Shown piece after piece: positions 47,736 through 60,450 of a stretch of 64,000 bases of DNA. Numbering within the stretch: the first letter of the stretch is position 1; each line of letters begins with the position of its first letter. The DNA is taken from assembly GCF_000143415.4 (NCBI RefSeq), contig NW_003314411.1, positions 62,452-126,451 of the forward strand. Direction: 5' to 3'. Below the pieces are notes generated by a model. The model had not been told where the DNA came from, made no database searches, and was given only the letters and a program-made list of their open reading frames with translations. Source of the stretch: Selaginella moellendorffii (taxonomy: Eukaryota > Plantae > Lycopodiophyta). A program made the position numbers and the translations under genes.

Positions 47736-50700
47736 ATGATGGCGGAGAGCGAGGCCCAGCGGTCGGCATGGGAGAGCGCTCAGCGCTTGAAAATCAGCGT
47801 GGATCTCGTCGACGCTGCCAAGGAGGAGCTGGAGTTCCTGGCGCTCGTCGATCGGATCCCGCGGCTCTACGAGGGAGAAGCCCTGAACCAAGCGATCCAC
47901 AGGTAAAATCTCTTCGATGATTGCGGTAGGTATCGACGATCGCTGGCCAGGTACACGAGCTTTTGGCTTCCCTTTGCTGCCGCCTATGATCAGAACGATG
48001 GCGCAAAGCTTCCGCTGGTGCCGCCCTTGGATTGTGCATGGGTTTGGCATTGCCACAGGCTCAGCCCGGTAAGATGTTTACTTTGTTTCCCGTTTCTTAG
48101 TCTCTTTCCAATTTTCGTCAATGCGACGAGCCTTTCTAGGTGCGATATGCGCAAGATTGCAAGGCTTTGTTTGGGAAGATCGTGGATGCTCCTTTGGCTT
48201 CACCGCAGAGCAAGGATGCGGCAACCATTGAGACACAGAAACTCTGGAGTGCCAGATTTCCGGACGAGCCTTTCAACTTGGACGTGAACTATAAGAGTAG
48301 TCATTCTTCATCAATTCCGGAGGAAGAAGGCCGCAAAAAGCTTGCTCAGTACCTCGAAGGCGCTGTCTCTAGGCAAAAATCTTTCTATTATCAGGTGAGA
48401 GTTATAAGTTTTCTCCACTTTCGGTGCTTACATATTTATTTTATTTTTTTGGACGCAGGTCTCTCAGGCCCACTATTTGGAAGAGAGCTTCCTGAAAGCG
48501 GCAGAACAAAGATACAAAGGGTTTTTGTATCTGATGACGCTGGGTTCGACCTTCTTCGTCCCCACTTACGACGTCGACGTAATGTGGCACGCTCACCAGC
48601 GAAGCCCGGCTGCTTATCATCAGGACTTGATCAGGATTTTGGGTACAGTGCTGGATCACGATGATACCGACAGTGACAGAACAAAAGGGAGGAAGCTAGA
48701 CAACGGGTTTACAAAGACTCGAGATATCTGGGAGAAGACTTACGGCTTTCCTTACGAAAAAGCCGGTTGCATGTACCGAGGGGATCAACCATCCGTGCTG
48801 CCGAAACCGACTGGATCAGTGAACAGGCCTTTACCATCACTCGATCAAGCGTTCCTGACGGCAAGAAAAACTTTGCAGGTCAGTAGTAGCCTCTTTTTCG
48901 TGAGCAATTTTGGTATTAACAGCAAGAAATAAGCAGGTTCGTCTGGCTGTTCTTTCTGCTCGGAACGTTCCTGCGGAGAAGTCTTCATCGACGTTTGTGA
49001 GCTTGTCAACCTTCGCGAACTTCTTAACTCAGACACCGGAAGTAGCAACAGCATCTCCAAATCCTCAATGGGATAAGCTCTGGCAGCTCGAGTGCGATGC
49101 TGCCGCTGGTGGTCTTGTTCTGGAGCTCCGGCAACGCAGGAAGGGTTTCCTGGGGTTGTCCAAGGGATCAAAGCTTCTTGGCGCGCTGACAATCACTTGG
49201 AAGATGATCCTCGAGACGTCAACTCTCTCGCTCCACGGCTGGTTCCCGCTGTTTACTCCCGATGGCGTGACTACGGATAAGGTGCCGTCTCTTCGCGTGG
49301 AAGTATCAGTGACGCCTCCTGTTCGCGCTCCGTATGTCATGAAAGTTACCAAGCCTGAACTGCGTGGCGAAAAACACCTGGCTAAAGTCCTCGACCATAC
49401 AAACAAGGATGTCTTCCATGCGCACACAAGGTACGCGTTTGATATTAAAACTTGAACGTGTGCTAAGTATCTTATGTTACAGTTTCTCTTCCGGTGTGAG
49501 ATCAATTACGGTGGCTGCCACACACAATGCAGGCCATAAACTAGGTAGATTCTTAAGTGACGAGGCTTCAAACAGTGCTAATACTTTTGGACAGTGTTGT
49601 TGGCGGTCGCTGAAACTCCAAACTTGTGGCAATGGTCTTTGGACGGTGATTGCACCATTGTCATAGGAAGGAATGCGGAATATGAAGTACATTTTGGAGC
49701 TTGTGGTGACGGCTGTCCGGTACTTTATATCGACATCTTTATCTCTTTTCCATAAACTAATCTTTGGATTGATCCAGGTGACGCTTTTAGCTGGAAGAAA
49801 ACTTCAGTTCGCATTGGCAGGAACTAAAGACGTCAACGAAGGCTTTGTGACATTAACTCGCTATCTTCCCGAAGCTCCAAATGGAAAGGCGACTGCGCTC
49901 TTCAACTGGAAGACTGGCTACATGGAGGTAATTGATAATTCATTCCTTGCTCACATTCAGAAACCTCATGCAGGTCACGGTCGAAGAAAACACGATGTTG
50001 GTAGCGGCATTGCTGTGTGCCACAGCCACTTCAATGGCTTGTTTGTCCCTAGGCAATCAGAAGCCAGTAACGAAATCTCTAACTAGCAGAAGCTATCGAG
50101 GTAAAACGCGAAAGTTGTCTAGCTTCCCAGTTTCACATTGTTTTCATCAGAGTCCCGCGGGTTTGGCCTTTTCGGCCGGCACCAGCGTTCCAAACTATCC
50201 GCCTGTGACATCTTTCTTCCCGAGGCCGTCATCTTAGCCAGTGCCGGATGTGGGGGTGGCTGCAATGGGAACTGCGGAGGTAAAACAGGATCAGGATCAC
50301 CACACCATCCTAAAGGAGGAGCTTGTGGATCCGGGTGTGGAGGTGCCGGTGGCTGTGGATCATCGCTTCCAAAAGCCGGTGCTCATGACTCCAAAGGAGG
50401 AGCTTGTGGATCTGGCTGTGGAGGTGGCGGTGGCTGCGGTGGTGGCTGTGGATCATCACTTCCAAAGGATGACTCCAAGGGAGGAGCTTGTGGATCCGGG
50501 TGTGGAGGCGGCGGTGGCTGCGGTGGTGGCTGTGGATCATCACTTCCAAAGGATGACTCCAAGGGAGGAGCTTGTGGATCCGGATGTGGAGGTGGCGGTG
50601 GCTGCGGTGGTGGCTGTGGATCATCACTTTCAAACGCCGGAGCTCATGACTCCAAAGGAGGAGCTTGTGGATCCGGCTGCGGTGGTGGCTGTGGATCCTC

Positions 50701-50758
50701 AGTTTTCAAAGCCCAGGATCACAACATCGTTGGATCTTCGATTCCGAATGGATCATGA
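47736..50758 (+). CDS. GRDP: Glycine-rich domain protein (GRDP, DUF1399), multi-exon
   Basis: ISVDLVDAAKEELEFLALVD, LVPPLDCAWVWHCHRLSPVRY, AVSRQKSFYYQV, FFVPTYDVDVMWHAHQ, HDDTDSDRTKGRKLD, P.GKATAL.NWK, and a Gly/Cys-rich tail. Confidence 0.93.
50312..50698 (+). repeat. Coding tandem repeat, 5 units of about 81-93 bp (KGGACGSGCGG...CGSS)
   Basis: Units start at about 50312, 50393, 50477, 50561 and 50654. Confidence 0.92.
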
Positions 50759-51265
50759 TCAACACATTCAAATGCAAACTGGCTCTAGTGGACGAAGCTG
50801 TAAATTTCTCGCTACCGTACGAGGATGTTCTTACTTTAGCGTTGCTACCGTACATGGGTTGCTTTTGTGAATAGAATCCTTTCCGATGATTTCTAACATA
50901 TATAAAATATCAGCCAGTCGTTTTGTCCTGGCGCGCTGCGATCACGTCTATCTGGCCGTCTATTCAAATTTCTGAGATCTCTTAAGTGGCACGATCCGGG
51001 CCGTCGGAATGGACGGTCTGGGTTTGCTCTTATTCTAGCCCGTGAAGCGCTTGCGTTTTGGCGCAGCTGGAGGTGGGAGACGACGTAGCCGAGCACGCTA
51101 GGTTTGGATCGATTCGATCGCGCTCTCAGGTTCCCGGAGGCGCTGGGGCTCGGGGATTCGCGATCGCGATCGCGATCCGGATGCGGAGGTTTATGCTAGG
51201 GCTTGAAGAATCGCGCAGGCGCATCGCAATCCAGGCGCTGGATCCATAGAATTGTGGCAATTCCC

Positions 51266-53560
51266 ATGGCGGATTACGTCGGCCCTTTGCACTCGTGGCT
51301 GATTAAGAATGGGCTCGGGGAGTCGGTGAACCACACCTTGGTGGTGTCCATCTCGCTCTTCGTGACGCTGATCTGCGCGTGTATTGTCCTTGGGCATCTG
51401 TTGGAGGAGGTGAAATGGGCGAGCGAGTCTATCGTTTCCCTTATCCTGGTACACGAAACGATTGCTTTTAGCTACCGAATTGCTCTAACTTTGTTCTTTC
51501 CAGGGTGTGGGGACTGGATTTATCGTCCTCATTATCAGTGGTGGGAAAAATTCTCACATACTCCAGTTCAACGAAGAGCTCTTTTTTATTTACTTGCTGC
51601 CACCAATCATCTTCAATGCAGGGTAACTACTCGGTAACTTTTTTTCCATTCTTACAGCTTGTTCGTTGTGAATTCTAGATTCCAAGTCAAGAAGAAACAC
51701 TTTTTCCGTAACTTTGCTTCGATCATGTTGTACGGTGCCGCCGGAGTGTTCATCTCTTTTGTCATAATCTCGTTTGGTGAGTCGTCTAATGTCCAAAACG
51801 AATTGCCCTGTTGATATTTTGTTTTCCAGGTTGTAGATATATCTTTCCACATTTGGGACTTCATTTAGCTCCAAGGAGCTATCTTGGTAAAGTCTTTGAT
51901 TCGGACCTTCAGCCTGGCTTAACTTTGCTTTTGGGTTTAGCACTTGGAACAATCTTTTCCGCCACAGATACCGTCTGTACACTGCAGGTTTTGAGTCAAG
52001 ATGAAACTCCTTTGTTGTATAGTCTGGTCTTCGGGGAAGGAGTTGTGAATGACGCTACCTCAGTTGTTCTCTTTAGAACGATTCAAAAGCTTGGCACGGC
52101 AAGCATCAACGGGCTCACAGCGCTTGGGATGTTTGCTGATTTTATCTACCTTTTCTTGAGCAGCACAGTGCTGGGAGTTGCTGTAAGTGACTGTGACCCC
52201 GTAACTATGTGACTTTGACAGTCATTTCTTATTTCCAGGCAGGACTGCTAAGCGCGTATATTATCAAAACGCTATACTTCGGCAGGTATGCTTTCCAGTT
52301 CAAGTTTTTTAAGCTTTGTGATGAACTCTTTCGCAGGCACTCGACCGACAGAGAAATTGCAATCATGACTTTGATGGCATATCTTTCCTACATGATTGCC
52401 GAGGTGATAGTTTTTTTCTGTATAGAGAGGTAGCATTTCTTCTTGTTCTCATGCGTATGCCATTCCAGCTGTTCTACCTGAGTGGGATCCTCACAGTCTT
52501 CTTTTGTGGCATTGTTATGTCACATTATACATGGCACAACGTCACGGAGAGCTCAAGAATCACAACCAAGTACAGTGACAAATCTGTATCTTATGTTTTA
52601 ACTTATTCCTGCAGGCACACCTTTGCAACTATGTCCTTCATCGCTGAGACATTTATCTTTTTATACGTTGGAATGGACGCACTGGACCTGGAGAAATGGA
52701 GGCTGGCAGATAAGAGGTGGGGGAAAAAAATGGTTTTTTGTTTTCTTTCGTCTTTTCTAAACTACTGCTGACCAAATAGACAATCATTTTCGATATTCGG
52801 CGTTGTCATAGCCTTGGTTTTGGTTAGCCGAGCCGCATTTGTGTTTCCTTTGTCTGCTGTGGCCAACTTTTTCACCCGATCTGAGGCTGGGAAGATTACA
52901 ATCAGACAGCAGGTAGTATCACGTTGGGTCGGTTTTGACAAATTCATGCGTTGTGTCTTGTAGGTGATCATTTGGTGGGCGGGTTTGATACGGGGAGCGG
53001 TCTCAATAGCATTGGCTTTCAACGAGGCAAGTCTCACGATTGTTTCACAAATCTCTCGTTTAATCGTGGTGCCTCCTCACAGTTTACAAGAGCCGGAAGC
53101 ACTATTTTCCCCGACAATGCCACCCTTATCACTAGCACGATTATTGCTGTCCTCTTCAGCACAGTGGTAAGCACACACTTATTTTTCTTCTTTTTTTATG
53201 CTTTCTCTGAGCTTGCGAGTGGAACCTTGCCAGGTGTTTGGAATGATAACGAAGCCATTGATCGGGTGGCTGCTGCCTCCACACATGAGACGTCCGGCAG
53301 TGGATTCAGAGCCGTCGTCCCCGAAAGAAGCAAACATCGATCACACTGTGGATGCGAACTTGGAGCTTCCCCTCCTGACCGAGAGGCTCCAGAATCTAAG
53401 GAATGGAGTTGCGCGGAGGAGCAGCTTGCGAATGCTGCTCGAGGCTCCAACCTCGACAATCCATCGCATGTGGAGATCATTCGACGATGCTTACATGCGT
53501 CCGATGTTTGGAGGCCGTGGCTTCGTCCCAATCCTTCCGGGCTCACCAGGTTCTTCTTGA
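51266..53560 (+). CDS. NHX: Vacuolar-type Na+(K+)/H+ antiporter, multi-exon, one GC-AG intron
   Basis: LFFIYLLPPIIFNAG amiloride-binding motif, ATDTVCTLQVL, FGEGVVNDATS, RHSTDRE, and W..FDD.YMRP.FGGRGFVP at the C-terminus. Confidence 0.96.
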
Positions 53561-53773
53561 AACTTCTTCTTCAACAGGTTTATTCTCGAAAGCTTTTCAG
53601 GTCCCTCTAAAACGCTGACGTTGGCAGGTTCTTCTTAAACTTCTTTCTTTCTCCGAGGATCGAGAAATCCATCGCTTTACTTGATTCTTTTCTAGGAGCA
53701 CGCCGCACAGAGAGATTAAAGTTTTGTATGTAATTTTGTACTGCGAGAATGTAAAGATGCGTTTTGGAAAGGT

Positions 53774-53819
53774 GGATATTCGCCCAAAGTGCATTCGCAT
53801 TTTCGAATGTTGGATATTC
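53774..53819. promoter_or_regulatory. Two P1BS (PHR1-binding, GNATATNC) sites upstream of SPX
   Basis: GGATATTC at 53774-53781 and 53812-53819, about 140-180 bp before the SPX ATG. Confidence 0.75.
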
Positions 53820-53956
53820 CAAAAGCGGAGATGCGAGGGAAAGTAATTGGAAAGACCGCCCGCGGCCGTGGCGAGGCCATGGCCGCTGGATGCAAGCAAT
53901 CGGACGGTGAGAGAGAGCTTAATAGGCTCTGGAAGAACATTAGGAGCCCACCCACC

Positions 53957-54797
53957 ATGAAATTTGGAAAGGCCCTTCGGCGCGTGATCGATCAGACGTT
54001 TCCGGCATGGCAGGAATTTTTCATTGCGTACAAGGATCTCAAGCAGCAGCTCAATCGCATCGCAGCAATCCGGCAGCAAATGCCCAATCCAGCAGAAATG
54101 CCGGCGAGATCGATCATCGCCCCCGCCGAGACCGCGGAAGAGATGCGCTTCGTCACGCTCCTATATCGCGAAATCTCCAAGCTCAATGCCTTCTTCAGCG
54201 AGGAGGAGGAGGAATTCGTGATCCGGTTCCAGGTAGTAGGTCTTGCGCGGTTTCTTTAGATCGAAATCTTTTCTCGCTGCGCAGGATCTGCGAGAGAGGG
54301 CAGTGGAGAATCACGCTAGCCGCGGCGGCTTGCTCCGGATCTGGCGAGATCTCGTGTGCCTCCATGGCGAGATGATCTTGCTCGAGAACTACAGCTCCAT
54401 CAATTGCCTGGGTATGGATGAGCTTTCGCTTGGCAGTGGATGATTTTGACGGAATTCCTGGCCAGGGCTGGTGAAGATCGTGAAGAAGCACGACAAGCTG
54501 AGCAGCAGCGTGGCGCTCCTCCGCCTCCCATTCGTGCGGAGGCTATTGCGGCAGCCATTCTTCCAGACGGAGCAGCTGTTCGTGCTCATCGCCGAGTGCG
54601 AGCGGATCTTGCGCGCGCTGGAGAGATCGCTGCGATCCGTGGCGGCTGATGGACACGACGAGGAGGGATTCGACGGGGACGATGGAGACGACCAAAGCGG
54701 CAGGATTGTGAGGAGCACCGTGGCGGCACTGGGGACGATCCAGCATTTGCGCAACGGGAGCTCCACGTATGGTCCTTCTTCCCTACGTTACGACTGA
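53957..54797 (+). CDS. SPX: Stand-alone SPX-domain protein, 3 exons
   Basis: MKFGK...FIAYKDLKQQL, KLNAFFSEEEEEFVIR, HGEMILLENYSSINCL|GLVKIVKKHDK, QPFFQTE, GSSTY. Confidence 0.95.
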
Positions 54798-54912
54798 AGA
54801 ACCCTAAAAACAGAGCAAATGTAAAAAAAGAAGTAAGCCTTTAAAACAGGAATATCTTACGAATATAGGGCTAGTTCTCTACCATTTTTTTGAAGATTTA
54901 GGGTTGTTCACG

Positions 54913-55690
54913 ATGCTACGCCTTGTTCGTGGCGTGGCGCCGCTGCGGCCGCCGCCCCCTTTGATTCTCTCACGGAGGCTTCTGTTCGATGATCTTCCGG
55001 AGCGCGACAAGAACGAGTACGAGCTGCGGAGCCTTGCATTTGTGCGGCAGGAGCGGCAAATGTGAGTGATTTTGCTGCGAATATCTTCGAAATTTCTATC
55101 TCTGCTTGTTTGTTGCGTAGGCAGATTCCGGGAGGAGATGTTTGAGAGGGCGTGTCAGCGATTCGAGATGAACCGGTTCCGCCTCGCGGATTCGACGCTG
55201 AGATCTGTGGTATGCGAAACAAGTTTTTGGTCGTTCTCTCAGAGTTTTTCGAGTTTCTCTAGAACTGGGGGAACGATAACGCAATGAGAATAGCTTTCTC
55301 GCAGATCGACAGCAATAACGATGGCTATATCACTCCATCGGAGGTCTGGTTTTCAAAGTGTTTTGGTTTCGCAAAGTCGATCGAGCTCTCTATGCACAGC
55401 TTGCGAGATATCTATCAAAATGGGGAGCCAATCTTGACAAACAAGACATGGAGAAGATGGTCAAATTCGCGGACAGAGACAAAGACGGCAAAGTTTCGTT
55501 CCGAGAGTTCTCCAAGATGATCCGCGGAGAATTTGATTCACCCCTCGGTAAGCCATTGTCTCATTTCCTCTCGGAAGCGATAAAAAATCTTCGATCCAAT
55601 TCCTCCATTTTGTTTTTGCAGGAAGAATTCCTCGCGCGAGAAGCAAAAGCAAAGATGGAAGCTGAGAAACAACATAATCCAAAGCTCTAG
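54913..55690 (+). CDS. Two-EF-hand calcium-binding protein with predicted mitochondrial presequence, 5 exons
   Basis: N-terminus MLRLVRGVAPLRPPPPLILSRRLL; EF loops DSNNDGYITPSE and DRDKDGKVSFRE. Confidence 0.8.
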
Positions 55691-56085
55691 AAAGCGATTA
55701 GATTATATCGGTGATTATTATAAGACATAAGCCTAACGAATTTACCCGGAACTACCGCACCATGGTCAAGACCGACGGCCGGGATGCAATCCCAGTCCGC
55801 TAAAAGAGGTGGCTATCCTATCAACGGTGGGACGGCCCGGTAAGCCATCTGACGGTCACGATTGCGCCACCGCGGGGTTAAGATGGTCCTTTTTTCCTCC
55901 TTTCATACTTCCATTTAGCCCGAGTGAACCCTTTGCTCGGCAAGGGTTTTGCAGATCTCCGCTGTTCTTCCTAGGATTGGCGTCTAGGCGCCACGAATCG
56001 GCGCGAGGTAAGCTCATTGGCGCCGAGATAGATGATATTTCGACTAGATCTGGATCGCATCGACTCACAATCCCCGCTCTTGCAG

Positions 56086-57574
56086 ATGGAAGATCGTCGA
56101 GTTCTACCGACAGTGTCACAAAAGCTGATTGGCGGCCCCTCGCCATTCGGCTATGGCAGGACTGCCGATAGGATCTATGGATCTTACGCCACGTCCTCGT
56201 ATCTGGGAGCCGCCAGGTCGAGGTACGTCTCGGAGCTCACGGGGGGCCTGAGGGGATTCTCGGCGGCGGGGGCGGCGACGAACATCGCTGCTCCATCGCC
56301 GGTTTTCGTTCCAGCGCCTGCCGAGAGGGGGAAGAGCGCATTCCTGATAGATTTCATGATGGGTGGAGTGTCAGCCGCGGTGTCCAAGACCGCCGCCGCT
56401 CCAATCGAGCGCGTGAAGCTTCTGATCCAGAACCAGGACGAGATGCTCAAGCAGGGACGTCTCCAGGAGCCTTACAAGGGTATTGGCGACTGTTTCAAGC
56501 GGACGATTAGCCAAGAAGGGTTTGGGTCTCTGTGGAGAGGAAACATGGCAAACGTGATCCGATATTTCCCGACCCAGGTTAGTCTCTTCTTTCCTTTGTG
56601 GCTTGCCTTTGTGTTGTGATTGGGTTTTCCATGTCTCTACGTCGTTTGTTCTGTAGCTAATCAAGGCCTGCTGTCAAAGTTATGTTTTTCCTGGAGCTTT
56701 TCTGGCATTGGATGATTTCTTTACTTGTGTTTACTTGTTTTTATTGCTGACAGAAGTGTGAGTTTTGGTTTTCAAATCATCGCGGTGTTCTGGATGGATT
56801 TGTGTTCTAAAACGTGTTCTTTTTTCGCAGGCCTTGAACTTCGCCTTCAAGGACTACTTCAAGAGAGTGTTCAACTTCAAGAAGGACAAGGATGGCTACT
56901 GGGTGTGGTTCGCCGGGAACCTGGCGTCCGGGGGTGCCGCCGGTGCAACCTCGCTGCTGTTCGTCTACTCGCTGGACTACGCGCGAACTCGGCTGGCCAA
57001 CGACGCCAAGGCCGCAAAGAAGGCCGGCGTGGCTGGAGAGCGCCAGTTCAATGGCCTGCTCGATGTCTACAAGAAGACCATGGCCACGGACGGCATCGGC
57101 GGACTCTACCGTGGTTTCACCATCTCGTGCGTGGGTATCATTGTCTACAGGGGCCTCTACTTTGGAATGTACGACTCGCTCAAGCCGGTGCTTCTCACTG
57201 GATCTCTGGAGGTAAACTCTTCTTGGCGCTTTGGTTTTGACCGAGGCTAACTGGTGTGTGATCTCCTGTTCCAGGGCAACTTCCTTGCGAGCTTTTTTCT
57301 AGGTTGGGGGATCACGACTGGAGCTGGACTGGCTTCATACCCCATTGACACAGTGCGGCGTAGGATGATGATGACTTCGGGCCAGGCAGTGAAGTACAAC
57401 GGATCGATGGATTGCTTCAAGCAGATTATCAAGAACGAGGGAACCAAGTCGCTGTTCAAGGGCGCGGGGGCCAACATCTTGCGAGCGGTGGCGGGTGCCG
57501 GAGTGTTGTCGGGCTACGACCAGATGCAACTCATCTTCTTTGGCAAGACTTACGGATCCGGGGGTGGAGGCTAA
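56086..57574 (+). CDS. AAC: Mitochondrial ADP/ATP carrier, 3 coding exons
   Basis: [28 protein letters not shown]|ALNFAFKD and the RRRMMM signature. Confidence 0.98.
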
Positions 57575-58034
57575 GAAGGAAAAGGAGCGGAGAGCGCGCC
57601 GATGATGACGATGAAGAAAGCTCATTCCGTTCTTTTTCTCCTTTTTTATTTTTTTGCGCCTTTTGGAAGAGACTCTCTAAAAAAACTTTGTTGTAGCTTA
57701 TATTTTTTCAGGCTGTTTTGAATAACTGTTGGGCACTGAAAGGTCCTGGAATGAGTTTACAAAGTTTTTGGGGGTGAGAATTGGATTTTACAAGTTCCAA
57801 GATTGTGGCATGCTTTACAAGATCAATTCACTACCTGATTTTTCATCTCTAATCTTTGTTGTTTGTTCGCCACAACATAGTACACCTGTTCGCTCGTTAG
57901 CACACGGAAGTTGAAAGGCCAGGGGCCCCTCCGCAAGGATCAGATATACTAAGAACGACAACAAGCTCAATGATCCTCGATAAGCCAACCTACTCAGACA
58001 AGTTCTTCTTTAAAATAATTAATTTTTTATTTAA

Positions 58035-58624
58035 TTATAATCCGGGACAAAACGTTACTAATTCTCGTAGTGGTGGTGGAGATTGGTACCAGTAGATTGG
58101 TGGCGGTGGCAGAGGTGGGGAGTTGTGTGGCGGTGGTGGAGACTCGTATTTATACCGAAACGGAGGCGGAGACTCATATTTATACGGTGGTAACGGAGGC
58201 GGAGATGGAAATTTGTACTCGTACGGTGGTGGAGATTTCTCACATTTTGGTGGTGGTGGTGGAGATTTGCACTCGTATGGAGGTGGTGGTGGTGGAGATT
58301 TCTCAAATTTTGGTGGTGGTCGTGGAGATTTGTACTCGTATGGAGGTGGAGACTTCTCGCATTTTGGTGGTGGTGGTGGTGGTGGTGGGGATTTGTAGCA
58401 GTAAGGAGGTGCATTAGGAGGGCATAAACGATTTGGAAACCACCAGGGCCTTCTCAGCCATGGCCTCCAACAGAAGAAATCGATCGTGCTCTTGGGAATT
58501 CCAAAGCCAAAGTTCTTGGCATCCCCCCTGCATTTCGATCCAAAACCTCCTGAAATCCATCAGACCTGACAGCAGAAACCAGGAGAAGCAGCAAAAGCAT
58601 GCTGCATGACTTGAAGAAATTCAT
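58035..58624 (-). CDS. Short extensin (SPPPP/YxY) with signal peptide; frame broken at the G6 run 58528-58523
   Basis: Minus strand reads MNFFKSCSMLLLLLLVSAVR..., and in another frame ...YCYKSPPPPPPPKCEKSPPPYEYKSP...YKYESPPP...YWYQSPPP. Confidence 0.7.
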
Positions 58625-59813
58625 CTCACTCTCAAGAGCAAGCCCATGATCACTGGAAAGAGAGACCTTTTCTTGTGATACTACAAAAATTTCCAGGTTC
58701 TAGTATTAACCCACTGCTTTCAAATAGTAATGCTTTAGAAATTGATGGCTCTAAAATCTTGTTTTTGATTTTATTATATTTCAATTAGCGATGTTAGTAT
58801 TTATAACAATAATAATCATAAAAGAAACAAGGATGAAAATGAAATTCAAGAAAGAAAAACTGCAGGAATATTCTTATATGAGACTTTGATAAACATTGAT
58901 AATCATTAGGAAGCTCAATTTTACATAACTCGAAGTATCTCTTCATCGTTTCTTTGGCAAGAATCCCAGTAGAAGAAACAATGAGAGAGCACAAGCAATT
59001 GTTGCCTAGAACATTTATCGCTTTGCACTTCACAATATTAAGTACCATTTTATTATCGTTGGTCTGCCATCTCTTTTGTAGTGAATTTTGGAGTGGTATT
59101 TTAGCTTTATAAAAAGCTCAAGAGATTGGATTTTGGCAACAGTGGCTAGGGTGTGCTGCTGTGAGAGAGTGAAGAGATTCAGCATTCCAAGCATTGTCTC
59201 CCAACTCTTGCGGCAGTGCTGATATGCAAATCTCTGGCCAGCATTGCCAGGGATGAGGGTTTATTCCAGGTGTGACTCCAAAAATTTGTTATGCGTTGCA
59301 TATAGCAATGTTTGGTTTTTTATAATATTAATAATTTATCTAATTGATCAACATGTAATTCAAGCTAGAACAAAAGTAAGTTTGAATGAGTTTTTGTGGG
59401 CATGAAGATAAGCCACATTTTTCTTCAGCCATCATATGTGAATGAAATTTAGTGATGTAGAAAGTTCCAAGTTTGCATTTGACTCGTTACTTCGTAATAA
59501 ACTCTTGGAATAATTATGTATCTAAATACTTTTCTTGTATTAACCATATTGTCTAAGTTTGTGTTTAAGAAAGTTTATAAATTATAAATATAAATTAATC
59601 TAACTGTTCTTTTACAAGGTTTGAAGAAAAAGTAGCAGCTCCATTAAACCCAGCAAAATGAATACAATTTTCATCTGTAATGCTTTTTAGTTTGATTTTT
59701 CCCCTCTTTTCCAAATTACATCCCGGTGAAAGTGCGTAAGTAATTACAAGGTGACCAAAATTTCTTGACTAACCTGTCTCCCCCCACGACTTGTATAATG
59801 GAATCAATCAAAT

Positions 59814-60416
59814 TCAATCAATCTCGCCTTCTTCCACCTCGCCGTTTTCGTCCGCGTACGCGACCTCGCCATCCCCCTGCTTGTCATCCTCCTCCTCGTC
59901 CAGCTTCATGAACAGGCCCAGTTGCTCCAGCGCGTTCCCGGCGCCTTGTGGAAGAGTGAAGCCCGGCAATCCATCCGGAGAATTCGGGGGGCTCACTTCC
60001 CCCGCCGAGCTCTGGAAGTGCTCCTTGGAGCTCGTCCTCATCAGGTCGAAATCCTTGAGGATCTCACAGTGCGCGTCGAGATCCACTGTTCTTTCCATCT
60101 ACATCACGAATAACGCGAGTAAAAAGAGGCTTTTAACGCGAGAAAAGAGCTTGCTTACCTGTTGCAGAGCCTTCCGAGCGGCCTCTCGTTCCACTTCTCG
60201 TTTCTTCCTGGCCTCCGTCGCAGCTTCCGCTTCGGCTTTTTTGCGAGCGACCTCTGCAGCCTTGGCATCTGCCTGTAACCGTGCTTTATCTGTACACAAA
60301 GAACGTTGCTTACAAAAACAATATAGGAAAGACAAGAATAAAAGCTTACCTTCTCTTAACTTCCTTTCGAGTTCCTCCCGCTCCTTGCGAAGCTTTTCCG
60401 GATCGACGTTGTCCCC

Positions 60417-60450
<34 letters not shown>

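Noticed and set aside
50312-50698. Regular repeats considered as a CRISPR-like array
   Set aside because: Eukaryotic in-frame coding repeat with no unique spacers.
57925-57941. ggcccctccgcaaggat resembles part of U6 snRNA
   Set aside because: Only about 17 nt with a mismatch; no ACAGAGA box and no matching flanks.
58058-58417. His-rich, Val-rich and Gly-rich ORFs in the ORF track
   Set aside because: Alternative-frame and antisense shadows of the extensin SPPPP repeats.
4686-58624. Possible cell-wall gene cluster (KLCR/CMU, CASPL x2, PSKR, P4H, extensin)
   Set aside because: The genes are scattered among unrelated housekeeping genes, with no sign of shared regulation.
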